DNA from: Fulvimarina sp. MAC3
Lineage (GTDB): Bacteria; Pseudomonadota; Alphaproteobacteria; Rhizobiales; Rhizobiaceae
Assembly (NCBI RefSeq): GCF_039652615.1
Contig: NZ_JBDJAC010000011.1
Location: 15,744 to 79,743, forward strand
DNA: 64,000 nucleotides
Reading direction: 5' to 3'
Shown: positions 29,471-40,380 of the stretch, piece after piece
Numbering within the stretch: position 1 is the first letter of the stretch
How the letters are laid out: each line of letters opens with the position of its first letter
Notes under the pieces: generated by a model
Seen by the model: only the letters and a program-made list of their open reading frames with translations
Told to the model about the DNA's origin: nothing
Databases searched by the model: none
Program-made: the position numbers and the translations under genes

Positions 29471-30597
29471 CTAACCCGCGAGCGCTCCCCCGAGGAGGCC
29501 GATACCGACGAGCGTCAGGGCAAGGGCGCCGGCGATTTCGAGGCTCCGCCCGACGATTGCGGCAAAGCGTGTCTTCCGGCCGATCCGTTCCAGCCCGCCG
29601 CGACCGAGCACCGTCACCGTCGCGATCACCGAAACGGTCGTCGCCGTGCCGATCGACATGGCAAAGACGGAGAGGACTCCGCCGGCGTAAAGCTCGTTCA
29701 GCAGCGCGAAGGTGAGAACGACGATCGCGCCCGTGCACGGCCGAAGCCCGACCGCGAAGACCGCGGCAAGGCCGGACCGCAAGGTCAGCGGCTGTGAGAC
29801 CGTATCGGGCGCAGGCATGTGCGCGCGGCCGCAGTCGCAGTCTCCCGGGCTTTCCACACATACCGTGCCGCTGTCGAAGCCTTCGGCCGCTGCAAAGCTT
29901 GAAGAACCGGACGACGCTGGGCGATCCGGCTCGCGCCAATCGGCCGTGCCTGCATTGGAAAAGGCGAGGGAAAGACCGGGTGCGGGCTCGCGTTTCACAA
30001 GGCGCTGGATCGGCGCAAAGCCGCGCCGTGCAAGCGATGCGGCGAACGGATCGCGGGCGAGCTTCCGGACGGCCTTTAAGAGAAGATAGAGCCCGACCAG
30101 CAGGACAAGGACATAGGAGGCGATCTCCGCGCTGTTCGTCGCATCCGTCATCGAAACGTCGGTGCCGCGAAGCAGATACCACCCGATGCCGACGACGATG
30201 ACCGCCGTCAGGCCCTGAACGGTGGAGGACACGAAAGACAGGAGGATGCCGCGCTTCAGCTGCGCCCGGCTCGCCAGCATATAGGCCGAAATGACCGCCT
30301 TGCCGTGGCCCGGCCCCGCCGCATGGAAGACGCCATAGGCGAGCGACAGGCCGACGAGATAGACGAGCGCGCCGTCTTCGCTTTTCAGGCCGACCAGCGC
30401 GTGGCGAAGCGCGGAGAAGAAGTCGCGCTGCCAGATGGCGATCTGGGTGAAGACGCCGGAAAAGAGGCCGTCGCCGACCGGCGCCGTGGTATCGGCCGTG
30501 CCGATGCCGAGGGAGGATCTCGCAGACGCATCGGCGACGATGACGAGCGCGGCGAGACATCCGCCGCCGAGAACGCGCAGAAATGGATTGGGTCTCA
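29471..30597 (-). CDS. NicO/RcnA-like metal (Ni/Co-type) transporter permease; start estimated
   Basis: Polytopic membrane protein with the conserved HAAGPGHGKAVISAYM motif of the NicO family. The annotated 507-aa start overlaps the upstream gene, so a TTG start (MRPNPFLRVLGGGCLAALVIV…) at the DUF1007 stop is proposed. Confidence 0.7.
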
Positions 30598-31271
30598 ACT
30601 CTGGGCTCCGCAGCTGGCTTCGAGACGTGTTGCCATGACATCGGCGAACTGGCTGCCCTCCTCGCCGACTTCTTCGTCCGGCGCGAGATTGGCAATGCTG
30701 TCCATCCATTGCTGGGCGGCGGCGTCTTCGTCGGGCACGTTGAGGGTCTTTCGGCAGCCGTCCGGCAGGCCGATCAGCTTGAAGGCGTCGACATCCTTGA
30801 AGTCGAAGGCGACGAAGAAGCTTTCGTCGAAATTGGACACCTTGATCGGCTGGGTCCTCAGATCGATCGTTTCGGCGACCGGCATCTCGAAGAAGAGAAT
30901 GAGCTGGCCGTCCTCGAACAGCGCGTGGATCTTGTCCGGTTCGGTGAACTTCACGTCGCGGTCGCCGAGTTCGGCGAAGGTGTAATAGCCCCATTCGGCG
31001 ATGGAGCGGCGGATCGTCTCGCCCACGGCATCGAGTTCTTCCGGGTCGAGCGTGCCGTTGGCATTGGCGTCGAAATCGAAGACGACCGAGGACGAGAAGA
31101 GTTCGTCCATGCGCCAGACATTGCGGAGCGCGGTGAATTGGCCCGCGTCGTTTCCGACGATCTCGACATTGGATTCGACGAAGACGTGGGGATGGGCGAG
31201 CGCAGGCGCGGCACCGAGCGAAGCGGCAAGGCCCGAAACCGCTAGAGCCGTCAGTCGCGAAAGTGCTCCCA
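30595..31271 (-). CDS. DUF1007 periplasmic protein, usual partner of NicO-type transporters
   Basis: About 225 aa from MGALSRLTALAVSGLAASLGAAPALA (signal) followed by HPHVFVESNVEIV…, the characteristic DUF1007 N-terminus. Confidence 0.75.
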
Positions 31272-31375
31272 TCGATCCCCCGATCGTCTGCAAATGATCC
31301 CCATCCGACGTGCTGTGCCGGAAAAGAATGGCCGAAGTTTGGGGGACGACATTCGAATTGGGCCGATGGAATCGC

Positions 31376-31410
31376 GATAAACCCCGGCGGATCGCTCCGC
31401 CGGGGTTTAT
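31376..31410 (-). terminator. Rho-independent terminator after the SPFH-2 gene
   Basis: aaaCCCCGGCGGatcgctCCGCCGGGGtttat: perfect 10-bp stem, T-run on the minus strand. Confidence 0.65.
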
Positions 31411-31423
31411 CGTGTTGGATGTG

Positions 31424-32599
31424 TCACGCGTCCTGCAGGTGGACGAGACCATTCATCAGGCCTTCCGCGCCGTTGTGGATCGTCAGACGTTCCACACGGC
31501 CCGCGATCGTCTCCAGCTCTTCAAGCTCCTTCAGCCTCAGCATGACCGGGTTTTCCGCCATGACCTTGGCCGTGTTGAGCAGCGAGCGCGTGGCGTTCGT
31601 TTCCTCACGCCGGCGGATGACGTTGGCTTCCGCCTCCTTCTCCGCCGCGACGACACGGTTGAGGATCGCGCGCATTTCGCCGGGCAGGATCACATCCTTC
31701 AGCGAAATAGCGGCCACCTCGATACCGATCGCAGTCATGGCGGTGCGAACTTCGGCCGTCAGCTCCTCGTCGAGCGCGCTCTTGCGCTCGAGAAGTGCGT
31801 CCAGCGTCTCGCCGCCGAGCATGCGCCGAAACGCCTGCTGCAGCGCGCCGTAGAGCGCCTGTCCGAAATCCGGCACCATCGTCACCGCGAGCACCGGATC
31901 GGTGACCCGGTATTGAGCGGCGATGTTGACCCGCACCGACACCTTGTCCCGCGTCAGGATTTCCTGCCCCGAGACTTCGAGCGGCATCAGCCGAAGATCG
32001 ACGAGCTTCAGGCGAACCTGCCGGCCCGGCGTCCAGTAGGCATGGGCGCCGGGCGAAAGCCGGTGCGCCAGCGCCCCATCGACGAACAGAAGGCCGGCAT
32101 GGCCTTCCGGCACATCCGCCATGGTGACGAACGCGATGGCGCTCCGTCCGGCCATGGCGAGCCGCCGCATCAGCTTCGGCTGGATGGCCGGCATCTGCGA
32201 GACGTCGATGGGCGTCGCGGTCCACGGGCCTGCCGCGGTCCAGACGATCCGGCGCGTATCGGGGCCCATCACGCCCGCGACCATGCCGTCCCGTTCGATG
32301 ATGGCGACCTCGTGCGCATCGGTCCGAAAGACGGTGAGATGACGCGAAGCTTCGTCCGGCAGGCGGTCGAAGAGCACGCTCTCGTAGCGCGACTTGAAGT
32401 CGAGCGCCGTGATGTCATGCCAATCGAATTCGACGCGATCGCTTGCAGAAAGCACAAAGTGCCGACCGGGCGTCAGGATCGCTTCGAGCTGTCCGTTCTC
32501 GAAGTAGAGCGCGCGCTGGTTCTCCATCACCGTCACGCGCCTGCGGCCAATCAGCCGCTGAAATAGCGTCTTCAACATGTCTCTCACCTTCCGTCGCAA
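31424..32599 (-). CDS. Second SPFH/Band-7 domain protein with a distinct N-terminal domain
   Basis: 391 aa (the start could be the internal M at 32578). C-terminal half has an SPFH fold (QVRLKLVDLRLMPLEVSGQEILTRDKVSVRVNIAAQYRVTDPV…DELTAEVRTAMTAIGIEVAAISLKDV) and a coiled-coil tail. Confidence 0.75.
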   Translation of the reverse strand: MRRKVRDMLKTLFQRLIGRRRVTVMENQRALYFENGQLEAILTPGRHFVLSASDRVEFDWHDITALDFKSRYESVLFDRLPDEASRHLTVFRTDAHEVAIIERDGMVAGVMGPDTRRIVWTAAGPWTATPIDVSQMPAIQPKLMRRLAMAGRSAIAFVTMADVPEGHAGLLFVDGALAHRLSPGAHAYWTPGRQVRLKLVDLRLMPLEVSGQEILTRDKVSVRVNIAAQYRVTDPVLAVTMVPDFGQALYGALQQAFRRMLGGETLDALLERKSALDEELTAEVRTAMTAIGIEVAAISLKDVILPGEMRAILNRVVAAEKEAEANVIRRREETNATRSLLNTAKVMAENPVMLRLKELEELETIAGRVERLTIHNGAEGLMNGLVHLQDA

Positions 32600-33032
32600 C
32601 CTATGTCACGCGGCCTCCTTTCGTTTTTTCGTTTGGCCCCGAAGGGCCGGTTTCATCGGCTCGCGCAGCGAACCGAATTGCGTCCCGCGGCAGGTCGCGA
32701 GGGCGGGCGTCTTCATCGAAGCTCGCGAAAATCGTTCGGAACACCGAAGGATGGACATGACGCGCGGCGGAACCGGCGGCGAGAGGACGCGAGCGGCGCG
32801 AAAGGCGGCTTGGCAGCGTTCGAAAACACTGCCTTGCGGCGCAATGCGCGGCCCGGCCATCGCCGGCGTTCGGCCTCTGCGACCATGGCGTCCGGCATTT
32901 CGGGCGGGGCCCATCTCCCTTGGAGCTGAGCCCGTTCCGTCCTGCCTTTCGCAAACCATCCTTCGGGTCCTTGATGAAAGACCGCGTTGCAGGCGGCTGG
33001 CGTCGTAAGCCAGTGCTGAGTTTCACGTTAGC

Positions 33033-33105
33033 GTTTTGGAGCGGGAGTCGAACCCGCGACAGACGAATTAAAGGTTCGTTACTCTACCCACTGAGCTATC
33101 CAGTG
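33033..33105 (-). pseudogene. tRNA-like sequence, probably a degenerate tRNA-Lys(UUU)-type relic
   Basis: The reverse complement has a perfect D-arm (TAGCTCAGTGGGTAGAGT), anticodon stem-loop ACGAA-CCTTTAA-TTCGT, variable loop, and T-arm GCGGG-TTCGACT-CCCGC. The acceptor 3' strand TCCAAAA does not pair with the 5' strand CACTGGA, position 33 is C, and there is no CCA. The element is flanked by an 8-bp direct repeat ccagtgct (33010-33017 and 33100-33107). Confidence 0.4.
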
Positions 33106-33388
33106 CTCGGAAAAACGAGACCCTGATGCTTGCGTCCCGGCACATGTCCGGCGCACTCACCTGGCGGGCAATTTCCGAATCCGGTCCTCCGGGGATGTCG
33201 GCCGTACACGAAAAAAGCGCAGAGCGCCCCCGCGCGGGCGGGCCATGAAGAGGCCCGAACCGTTGCCACCCACCCCCGATCCGACGACCGGGAGAGCGCC
33301 TATAAGCCGGCTTTCCGCGAGCTGCAACCCGCAGAAGTAAAATTTTCTGCAATTGCTCTAAAAAGACCGCCGGTGAGCGCCGCATCGC

Positions 33389-33910
33389 TCAGCGGAGGAC
33401 GCGCACCTCGGCGCCCACATGGACGCGCTCGAAGAGATCCTTCACATCGGCGTTCCGCATGCGGAAGCAGCCCGCCGAGGCCGCGCTGCCGATGGAGCGC
33501 GGCTTGTTCGTTCCGTGGATGCGATAGGCGCCCCAGCCGAGATTGATGGCGCGCTCGCCAAGCGGATTGCTCGGCCCCGGTCCGATCGACTGGGGAAGGC
33601 GCGGATTTCTTTCCCGCATGGACGGCGTCGGGATCCAGGTGGGCGCGCGGCGCTTGCGCGAGACCCAGCTCTTGCCGAACCACTGTTCGCTCGGCTTGCC
33701 GACCGCGATCTCGTAGACCATGGCTTTGCCGGGCGCCGTGACGAGATAGAGCTTGCGCTCCGACGTCTTGACAATGATCGTTCCGGGATCGGCCTCCGCC
33801 TGGAAGGCGATCTCCGGTCGCGCCTCGAGCGTGTCGATCGCCGCATGCGTAGGCGTCGAAAGGACAAGGGCGAGAGTTGATATAAGGGCGAGGCGAGGCA
33901 GCTTGATCAT
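33389..33910 (-). CDS. L,D-transpeptidase (YkuD domain)
   Basis: About 173 aa from MIKLPRLALISTLALVLSTPTHA (signal). Catalytic region YRIHGTNKPRSIGSAASAGCFRMRNADVKDLFERV with the conserved H…SxGC motif. Confidence 0.8.
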   Translation of the reverse strand: MIKLPRLALISTLALVLSTPTHAAIDTLEARPEIAFQAEADPGTIIVKTSERKLYLVTAPGKAMVYEIAVGKPSEQWFGKSWVSRKRRAPTWIPTPSMRERNPRLPQSIGPGPSNPLGERAINLGWGAYRIHGTNKPRSIGSAASAGCFRMRNADVKDLFERVHVGAEVRVLR

Positions 33911-34105
33911 GGCCGCATCCCTATCAAGCTTGCGTGGAACTTGTGTTAATCGACGGGCACCTCGAAGCACCGTTCGTCGAGGAAAATCGCGCTCGTGACG
34001 ATTCCGCATCAATCGGCGTCGGGTGCGGCCCGATGCTCGCCCGCTCGGAACATGATACCCTCGCGGGTCATTCCTCTGTGACCGTCAGCTAGAAAAGGCC
34101 GCCCC

Positions 34106-34600
34106 TTGATGAATCCGCGCTCGCTTGCCCTCGAAGTCATTGCCGTTCTGTCGGGCACGATCATCGGCAAACTCGTCTTCGATGCGGTGTCGGCGCTCTT
34201 CTTCGACGAGAGCTTCTTCGATCTCTTCGTGTCGCCGGGCCGCTGGATCGTGGCTCTTGCGACGGTGATCATCTTTTCGCTCATCTATCGCAAGCTTCCC
34301 ACGACGCCGGCCGCGCTTGCGAGCATTCTTGCCGGAACGATCATCACATGGGTGTTTTTCGGCCTCGCCTTTGCGAACAACCAGTCGACCCTGGTGCTCA
34401 TCTTCATGACGCTGCTGTTTTCGGCGGTCGCACTTCTCACTTATCGCTTCGTTCACGCCAATGCAGCGGTCCGGCAGGTGGCAAGCGATATGACGGGCTC
34501 GGCCGATAGCGGTTCGCTGCATCATCGCGATCGCGCACACGATAAGCGCGCACACGATAAGGATGCCGGGGCAGGCGATGTCTCTCGCTCCAAGGATTGA
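34106..34600 (+). CDS. Hypothetical small integral membrane protein
   Basis: 164 aa; four predicted TM helices, with a C-terminal His/Asp/Lys-rich tail (HHRDRAHDKRAHDKDAGAGD). Confidence 0.5.
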   Translation: MMNPRSLALEVIAVLSGTIIGKLVFDAVSALFFDESFFDLFVSPGRWIVALATVIIFSLIYRKLPTTPAALASILAGTIITWVFFGLAFANNQSTLVLIFMTLLFSAVALLTYRFVHANAAVRQVASDMTGSADSGSLHHRDRAHDKRAHDKDAGAGDVSRSKD

Positions 34601-34829
34601 AGAGGGCGGGCTGAAACGCTCTGGCGTCTTGCTTCTGTTTAGTCCCCTGTTCTAGTGCGTAAGCGTCGCCGACGCCGTAGGGTTCGAGGCAGGCGCCGAC
34701 ATCGTCCCGATCGTCCTGAACCAGGTGATCTTCCAAAAGCGGCGGCGCTTGACCCATCGACCCGTCTCGTCGCGACACGTCCTGCGCGGTAAAGCTGCGC
34801 GCCGAATTCATTCTGTGGGATCAGACCCG

Positions 34830-37250
34830 ATGAAGTTCACCCTGTCCTGGCTGAAGGATCATCTTCAGACCGATGCAACGCTGGAAGAGATCTGCGAGCG
34901 CCTGACGGCGATCGGTCTCGAGGTCGAACATGTCGACGATCGCGCGGTGTTCAACGCATTCCGGATCGCAAGGGTCGTTTCCGCCGAGCCGCATCCCGAT
35001 GCCGACATGCTGCGCGTCCTCATGGTCGATGCGGGCCCCGAGGTGAACGACGGCAAGCCGCTCCAGGTGGTCTGCGGTGCGCCGAATGCACGCGAAGGAC
35101 TGGTCGGCGTTCTTGGCCGGCCGGGCGACTATGTGCCGGGCCTCGACACGACCCTCGGCGTCGGCAAGATCCGCGGCGTGGAAAGCTTCGGCATGATGTG
35201 TTCGGAGCGCGAGCTCGAGCTTTCCGAAGAGCATGACGGCATCATCGACCTGCCTGCGGACGCGCCGGTGGGCGCGCGCTATGCCGATTATGCCGAACTC
35301 GCCGACCCTGTGATCGAGATCAATCTGACGCCCAACCATCCCGATGCGATGGGTGTCGCCGGGATCGCGCGCGATCTCGCCGCCTCCGGTCTCGGCACCG
35401 TGAAAACCCCGCCGATCGAGCGGATCGAAGGTTCGGGCGCTTGTCCCGTCTCTGTCAGCGTGGAAACCGAGGTTTGTCGCGGCTTTGCTCTTCGTAAGGT
35501 TTCGGGCGTTGCGAACGGCGCCTCGCCGGACTGGATGCAGAAACGGCTGAAGGCGATCGGCCTTCGCCCGATCAACGCCCTCGTCGACATCACGAATTAC
35601 GTTACCTTCGATCGCGCCCGGCCGCTGCATGTGTTCGACGCTAAGAAGGTGCAGGGCAATCTCACCGTTCGACAGGCACGGGCGAGTGAGAAATTGCTGG
35701 CGCTCGACGAGCGCACCTATGAGCTTGACGAGACCGTCTGCGTTATCGCCGACGAAAACGGCGTGGAGTCGATTGCCGGCATCATGGGCGGCGAAGCCTC
35801 CGGCTGCGACGAGACGACCACCGAGGTGCTGATCGAATCCGCCTTGTGGGACCCGCTTGCGACGGCGCGCACCGGCCGCTCCCTCGGCATCGTCACGGAT
35901 GCGCGCTATCGCTTCGAGCGCGGTGTCGATCCGGCCGAGATGGAAACGGGCCTTGATCTCGCGACCAAGCTTGTTCTCGACATCTGCGGCGGCGAAGCCT
36001 CCGAACGTGTCGTCGAGGCCGTCGCGCCGGTCGCAATGCCGATGATCGCCTTCCCCTATACCGAAGTGCGCCGCCTGACGGGGCTCGAAGTCGAGCCCGA
36101 GCGCCAGCGCGCCATTCTCGAAGCCCTCGGCTTTGATGTCGAGGCCGGCGACGATGACGGACAGATCCTGGTGAGCGTGCCGACATGGCGCCCGGATGTC
36201 GACGGCAAGGCCGATCTCGTGGAAGAGGTGATGCGGATCGTGGGCGTCGACGAGATCGCGCCGCAGCCCCTGCCTGCCACCGGGTCCGTCAACACCCGCA
36301 TCCTCACCCTGGCGCAGACCCGCGACCGGGCCGCACGCAGGGCACTTGCTGCGCGCGGCATGGTGGAGGCTGTCAATTACAGCTTCATCCCGCGCGATCA
36401 TGCCGAAGCCTTTGGTGGCGGCCATAACGCGCTGAGACTGACCAATCCGATCTCGGCGGATATGTCCGACATGCGGCCCTCCCTGCTGCCGGGCCTAATT
36501 TCGGCGGCCGCGCGCAATGCCGCGCGCGGCTACGGCGACACGGCGATCTTCGAAGTGGCCGGGACCTATCGGGGCGATACGCCCGGCGATCAGAAACGGG
36601 TCGCCGGCGGTTTGCGCCGAGGAACGGCCGGTCTCGAAGGGCCCGGGCGGGACTGGAACGGCGCGGCCGATGCCGTTTCGATCTACGACGCGAAGGCCGA
36701 TGCCCTTGCCGTTCTGGAGGCAGCGGGTGCGCCCGTCGACCGGCTGATGATCGATCGCGAGACCAGCGAATGGTATCATCCCGGCCGGTCCGGGCGGTTG
36801 AAGCTCGGTCCCAAGGTGGTTCTGGCGGAATTCGGCGAATTCCATCCGAAGGTTTTGAAAAAGCTGGGCGCTGCCGGGCCCCATTGCGGCTTCGAGGTGT
36901 TTCTCGACGCACTTCCGGCGCAAAAGCGCAAGGCGACCCGTACCAAGCCGATTCTCAACATTTCGACACTGCAGCCGGTGCGACGGGATTTCGCCTTCGT
37001 CGTCGGGAACGATGTAGAGGCCGAAGCGATCGTCAAGGCGGCAGGCGGGGCCGACAAGACGCTGATCAACGAAGTCCGGGTCTTCGATATCTTCACCGGT
37101 GGCGCGCTCGGCGAGGGCAAGAAATCGGTCGCGATCGAGGTCGCGCTTCAGCCGGTGGAGCGCACGCTGACCGAAGAAGACCTTGAGGCGGTGTCGAACA
37201 AGATCGTCGCCAATGTCGAAAAGGCGACCGGCGGCACGCTGCGCTCCTGA
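34830..37250 (+). CDS. pheT: Phenylalanine--tRNA ligase beta subunit
   Basis: About 806 aa from [21 protein letters not shown]. tRNA-binding OB domain, B3/B4, B5 and FDX-ACB C-domain. The 35 upstream codons of the annotated ORF are non-coding-like. Confidence 0.93.
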   Translation: MKFTLSWLKDHLQTDATLEEICERLTAIGLEVEHVDDRAVFNAFRIARVVSAEPHPDADMLRVLMVDAGPEVNDGKPLQVVCGAPNAREGLVGVLGRPGDYVPGLDTTLGVGKIRGVESFGMMCSERELELSEEHDGIIDLPADAPVGARYADYAELADPVIEINLTPNHPDAMGVAGIARDLAASGLGTVKTPPIERIEGSGACPVSVSVETEVCRGFALRKVSGVANGASPDWMQKRLKAIGLRPINALVDITNYVTFDRARPLHVFDAKKVQGNLTVRQARASEKLLALDERTYELDETVCVIADENGVESIAGIMGGEASGCDETTTEVLIESALWDPLATARTGRSLGIVTDARYRFERGVDPAEMETGLDLATKLVLDICGGEASERVVEAVAPVAMPMIAFPYTEVRRLTGLEVEPERQRAILEALGFDVEAGDDDGQILVSVPTWRPDVDGKADLVEEVMRIVGVDEIAPQPLPATGSVNTRILTLAQTRDRAARRALAARGMVEAVNYSFIPRDHAEAFGGGHNALRLTNPISADMSDMRPSLLPGLISAAARNAARGYGDTAIFEVAGTYRGDTPGDQKRVAGGLRRGTAGLEGPGRDWNGAADAVSIYDAKADALAVLEAAGAPVDRLMIDRETSEWYHPGRSGRLKLGPKVVLAEFGEFHPKVLKKLGAAGPHCGFEVFLDALPAQKRKATRTKPILNISTLQPVRRDFAFVVGNDVEAEAIVKAAGGADKTLINEVRVFDIFTGGALGEGKKSVAIEVALQPVERTLTEEDLEAVSNKIVANVEKATGGTLRS

Positions 37251-37416
37251 TTGAAGGGAATATCCGTGGCGCGCTCCGGTAACGGGCGGGCCACGTGATG
37301 GCTTTGCGCGGAAGGCGGCGTCCGGTTCGCCTGATTGCTTCAGGTCTTCCGCGTGCCACAACAAGACGCGATCCGAAACGCCATGCGATCGCCGCCGTTT
37401 ATGCATTATACCGGCG

Positions 37417-37526
37417 GACCTTTGAAACCATCGGTTTCATGGGTCGTCGGCAGCCCGAGCGGCGTTTGAGCCGTTTGCCGGGCGTGGATTGACCCAACGG
37501 GTCAATTCATTCGTCCGGCGGTATTA
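37417..37526. repeat. Family-A intergenic mosaic repeat
   Basis: tataccggcggacctttgaaaccatcggtttcatgggtcgtcggcagcccgagcggcgtttgagccgtttgccgggcgtggattgacccaacgggtcaattcattcgtccggcggtat. Confidence 0.85.
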
Positions 37527-37533
37527 TTGCGTT

Positions 37534-39075
37534 CTATGCCGCGATCGGCAGCCGCTCGCCCGCCACGCGGTATGAGATCGCCTCGGCGAGATGAACACGG
37601 CGAACCCTCTCGCTTCCTTCGAGATCGGCGAGCGTCCGCGCCACCTTCAGGATACGGTGATAGGCGCGAGCCGAGAATTTCATCTGTTCGGCTGCATCAT
37701 TGAGAAGCTGGCGTCCACCTGCATCGGGCTCGGCGATCGTTTCGATCATGGACGCGGAGCAATGGGCATTGACCGTCTCCGTGGGAAGACCAAGGCTTGC
37801 ATAGCGCTCCGCCTGGAGGCTGCGCGCCTGAATGACACGCGCCTTCACGGTTTCAGATGTCTCAGCCGTTCCGGCGGCATGGGGCCGGATGAGATCGCTT
37901 GCCGTGACGGCCGGGACATCGACGCGCAGGTCGATCCGGTCGAGCAGCGGCCCCGAAATACGGGCCTGATAATCCGAGGCGCATTTCGCGCCGCGCGCGC
38001 ATGTATGGCCGGGTTCGCCTGCCATCCCGCAGCGGCAGGGGTTCATCGCCGCGATGAGCTGCATCTTTGCCGGATAGGTCACCCGGTGATTGGCCCTTGC
38101 GATGACGCTCTCGCCCGCTTCGAGGGGCTGGCGCAGGGAGTCCAGAACGACCGGGCTGAACTCGGGAAACTCGTCGAGAAACAGAACGCCGCGATGGGCA
38201 AGCGAGACCTCGCCGGGTTTCGCGCGCAGGCCTCCGCCAACCATCGCGGCCATGGAGGCCGAATGATGGGGCGCGCGGAACGGGCGGCGGTCGGACAGTT
38301 TGCCCCCTGAGAGTTCGCCCGCAATCGAGTCGATCATCGAACATTCGAGGAGTTCGCGCGCACCGAGGGGAGGCAGAATCGAGGGAAGCCGCTGGGCGAG
38401 CATCGACTTGCCCGAGCCAGGCGGCCCGACCATCAAAAGATTATGTCCACCGGCGGCGGCGATCTCGAGCGCGCGCTTGGCGACGATCTGGCCCTTGATC
38501 TCGGCCAGATCGGGGAGATTGGCGGGCAGGGCGCGCACGGCAGGCTCCGGCCGGGAAATGACCTGGGTTCCCCGGAAATGGTTCGCGATCTGAATGAGAC
38601 TTCGCGCCGCGACGATCGTCATATCCGGGTCGGCCCAGGCTGCCTCGGGGCCGCATTCGGCGGGACAGATAAGCCCGAGGCCGAGACCGTTGGCGCCCAT
38701 GGCGGCCGGTAGAACGCCGGTCACCGAAGTGATCGCGCCGTCGAGGGAGAGTTCACCGAGAACCATGAAATCGGCGATCGCATCGGCCGGGATCGCACCG
38801 AGCGCGGCCATCAGGCCAAGCGCGATCGGGAGGTCGTAATGGCTGCCCTCCTTCGGCAGATCCGCCGGCGCCAGATTGACTGTGACCCGCTTGGGCGGCA
38901 TCGCGAGGCCAGAGGCATGGATTGCGGCCTGAACGCGCTCGCGGCTTTCGGCGACGGCCTTGTCCGGCAGGCCGACGATCTGGATGCCCATCTTGCCCGG
39001 CGCGACCATGACCTGGACATCCACCGGCCGGGCTTCGATTCCCTGGAATGCGACGGTCTTCACGCGAGCGACCAT
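37534..39075 (-). CDS. YifB/ComM-family Mg-chelatase-like AAA+ ATPase
   Basis: 513 aa; N-terminal Lon-protease-like domain, Walker A GPPGSGKSM, Walker B VLFLDEFPEF, and the C-terminal ChlI/ComM region. Confidence 0.88.
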   Translation of the reverse strand: MVARVKTVAFQGIEARPVDVQVMVAPGKMGIQIVGLPDKAVAESRERVQAAIHASGLAMPPKRVTVNLAPADLPKEGSHYDLPIALGLMAALGAIPADAIADFMVLGELSLDGAITSVTGVLPAAMGANGLGLGLICPAECGPEAAWADPDMTIVAARSLIQIANHFRGTQVISRPEPAVRALPANLPDLAEIKGQIVAKRALEIAAAGGHNLLMVGPPGSGKSMLAQRLPSILPPLGARELLECSMIDSIAGELSGGKLSDRRPFRAPHHSASMAAMVGGGLRAKPGEVSLAHRGVLFLDEFPEFSPVVLDSLRQPLEAGESVIARANHRVTYPAKMQLIAAMNPCRCGMAGEPGHTCARGAKCASDYQARISGPLLDRIDLRVDVPAVTASDLIRPHAAGTAETSETVKARVIQARSLQAERYASLGLPTETVNAHCSASMIETIAEPDAGGRQLLNDAAEQMKFSARAYHRILKVARTLADLEGSERVRRVHLAEAISYRVAGERLPIAA

Positions 39076-39275
39076 GACGAAACTCCTGAGCCAAGCGACG
39101 CGTCTCAGAATTCAAGAAGTCGCGCCTATGCGACGTCAGGTAAGCATAGTCAAAGGAATAAAACAAGAACAAAGACGGCGCCAAACCAGCGGATGGTTGG
39201 ATTTGCCGAGTTGCCTCGTCTTGTCCGTTGTCTTGCCGTTTCACGCCGGTGGCTCCGCCGGAGCCGGGACCGGGT

Positions 39276-40214
39276 CTAGAGGCGTGCTTCGATCGCATCC
39301 CATAAGAGGGCCGCGATATCGGCGCCGCCGAAGCGCTTCACCTCGCGAATGCCAGTGGGGGAGGTGACGTTGATCTCGGTCATCACATCGCCGATCACGT
39401 CGATGCCGACGAAGATCAGGCCGCGCTCCTTGAGGGCCGGGGCGATGCGTGCACAGATCTCGCGTTCGCGCTCGGTCAGCTCCGTCGGCTCGGCCCGCCC
39501 GCCGACATGCATGTTGGAGCGTGTGTCCGTCTCGGCCGGCACACGGTTGATGGCACCGGCGATCTCGCCGTCGATCAGGATGATGCGCTTGTCGCCCTTT
39601 CGCACGTTCGGCAGGTAGCGTTGGCAGATGAAGGGCTCGCGGTAGAGCATGCCGAACATCTCCATGAAGGAGGAGAGGTTCTTGTCCTCTTTCGTGATGT
39701 GGAAGACGCCAGCGCCTCCGTTGCCGTAGAGCGGCTTCATGATCATCTCGCCGAATTCGGCGCGGAAGGCTTTCACCTCCTCGATATCCTTGGTGATCAG
39801 GGTCTCCGGCATGAGATCCGGGAATTCGGTGACGAAGATCTTTTCCGGCGCGTTGCGGACCGAGGCCGGATCGTTGACCACGAGGGTCTTCGGGTGAACC
39901 CGCTCCAGAAGATGGGTCGACGTGATGTAGTTCATGTCGAAGGGCGGGTCCTGCCGCAACAAGACAACGTCCATCTCGGCAAGGTCGATCTTCTCGCTCT
40001 CGCCGAGCGTGAAGTGGTCCCCTTCGACCTCGCGCAGCTCCATGCGTTCGGCTCGCGCCGTGACGGCACTGCCGCGCATGGAAAGCCGGTCGGGCGTGTA
40101 GTGCCAGAGCTCGTGCCCGCGCTTCTGGGCTTCGAGGCCGATGGCGAAGGTCGAGTCGCCACGGATATGAATGGAGGACACATGGTCCATCTGGACGGCG
40201 ACTTTGAGACCCAT
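39276..40214 (-). CDS. gshB: Glutathione synthetase
   Basis: About 312 aa from [36 protein letters not shown]…, which aligns with the E. coli GshB N-terminus. ATP-grasp fold. RBS agggaacagga. Confidence 0.88.
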   Translation of the reverse strand: MGLKVAVQMDHVSSIHIRGDSTFAIGLEAQKRGHELWHYTPDRLSMRGSAVTARAERMELREVEGDHFTLGESEKIDLAEMDVVLLRQDPPFDMNYITSTHLLERVHPKTLVVNDPASVRNAPEKIFVTEFPDLMPETLITKDIEEVKAFRAEFGEMIMKPLYGNGGAGVFHITKEDKNLSSFMEMFGMLYREPFICQRYLPNVRKGDKRIILIDGEIAGAINRVPAETDTRSNMHVGGRAEPTELTEREREICARIAPALKERGLIFVGIDVIGDVMTEINVTSPTGIREVKRFGGADIAALLWDAIEARL

Positions 40215-40380
40215 GTCCTGTTCCCTTTCGGCCATTGTTGGTTCGATCGCCGAGGTAAGGTGGTCCGCGCGCCGTGGCAATGGCTTTGGCGTGCGCGCCG
40301 CCCTCACTCTTGTAATTGTGTGCCCGGCATTGGAAGGTCGCGCGCGGGAGGAACTGGCGCAGGATCCTGAGGGGAAACAC

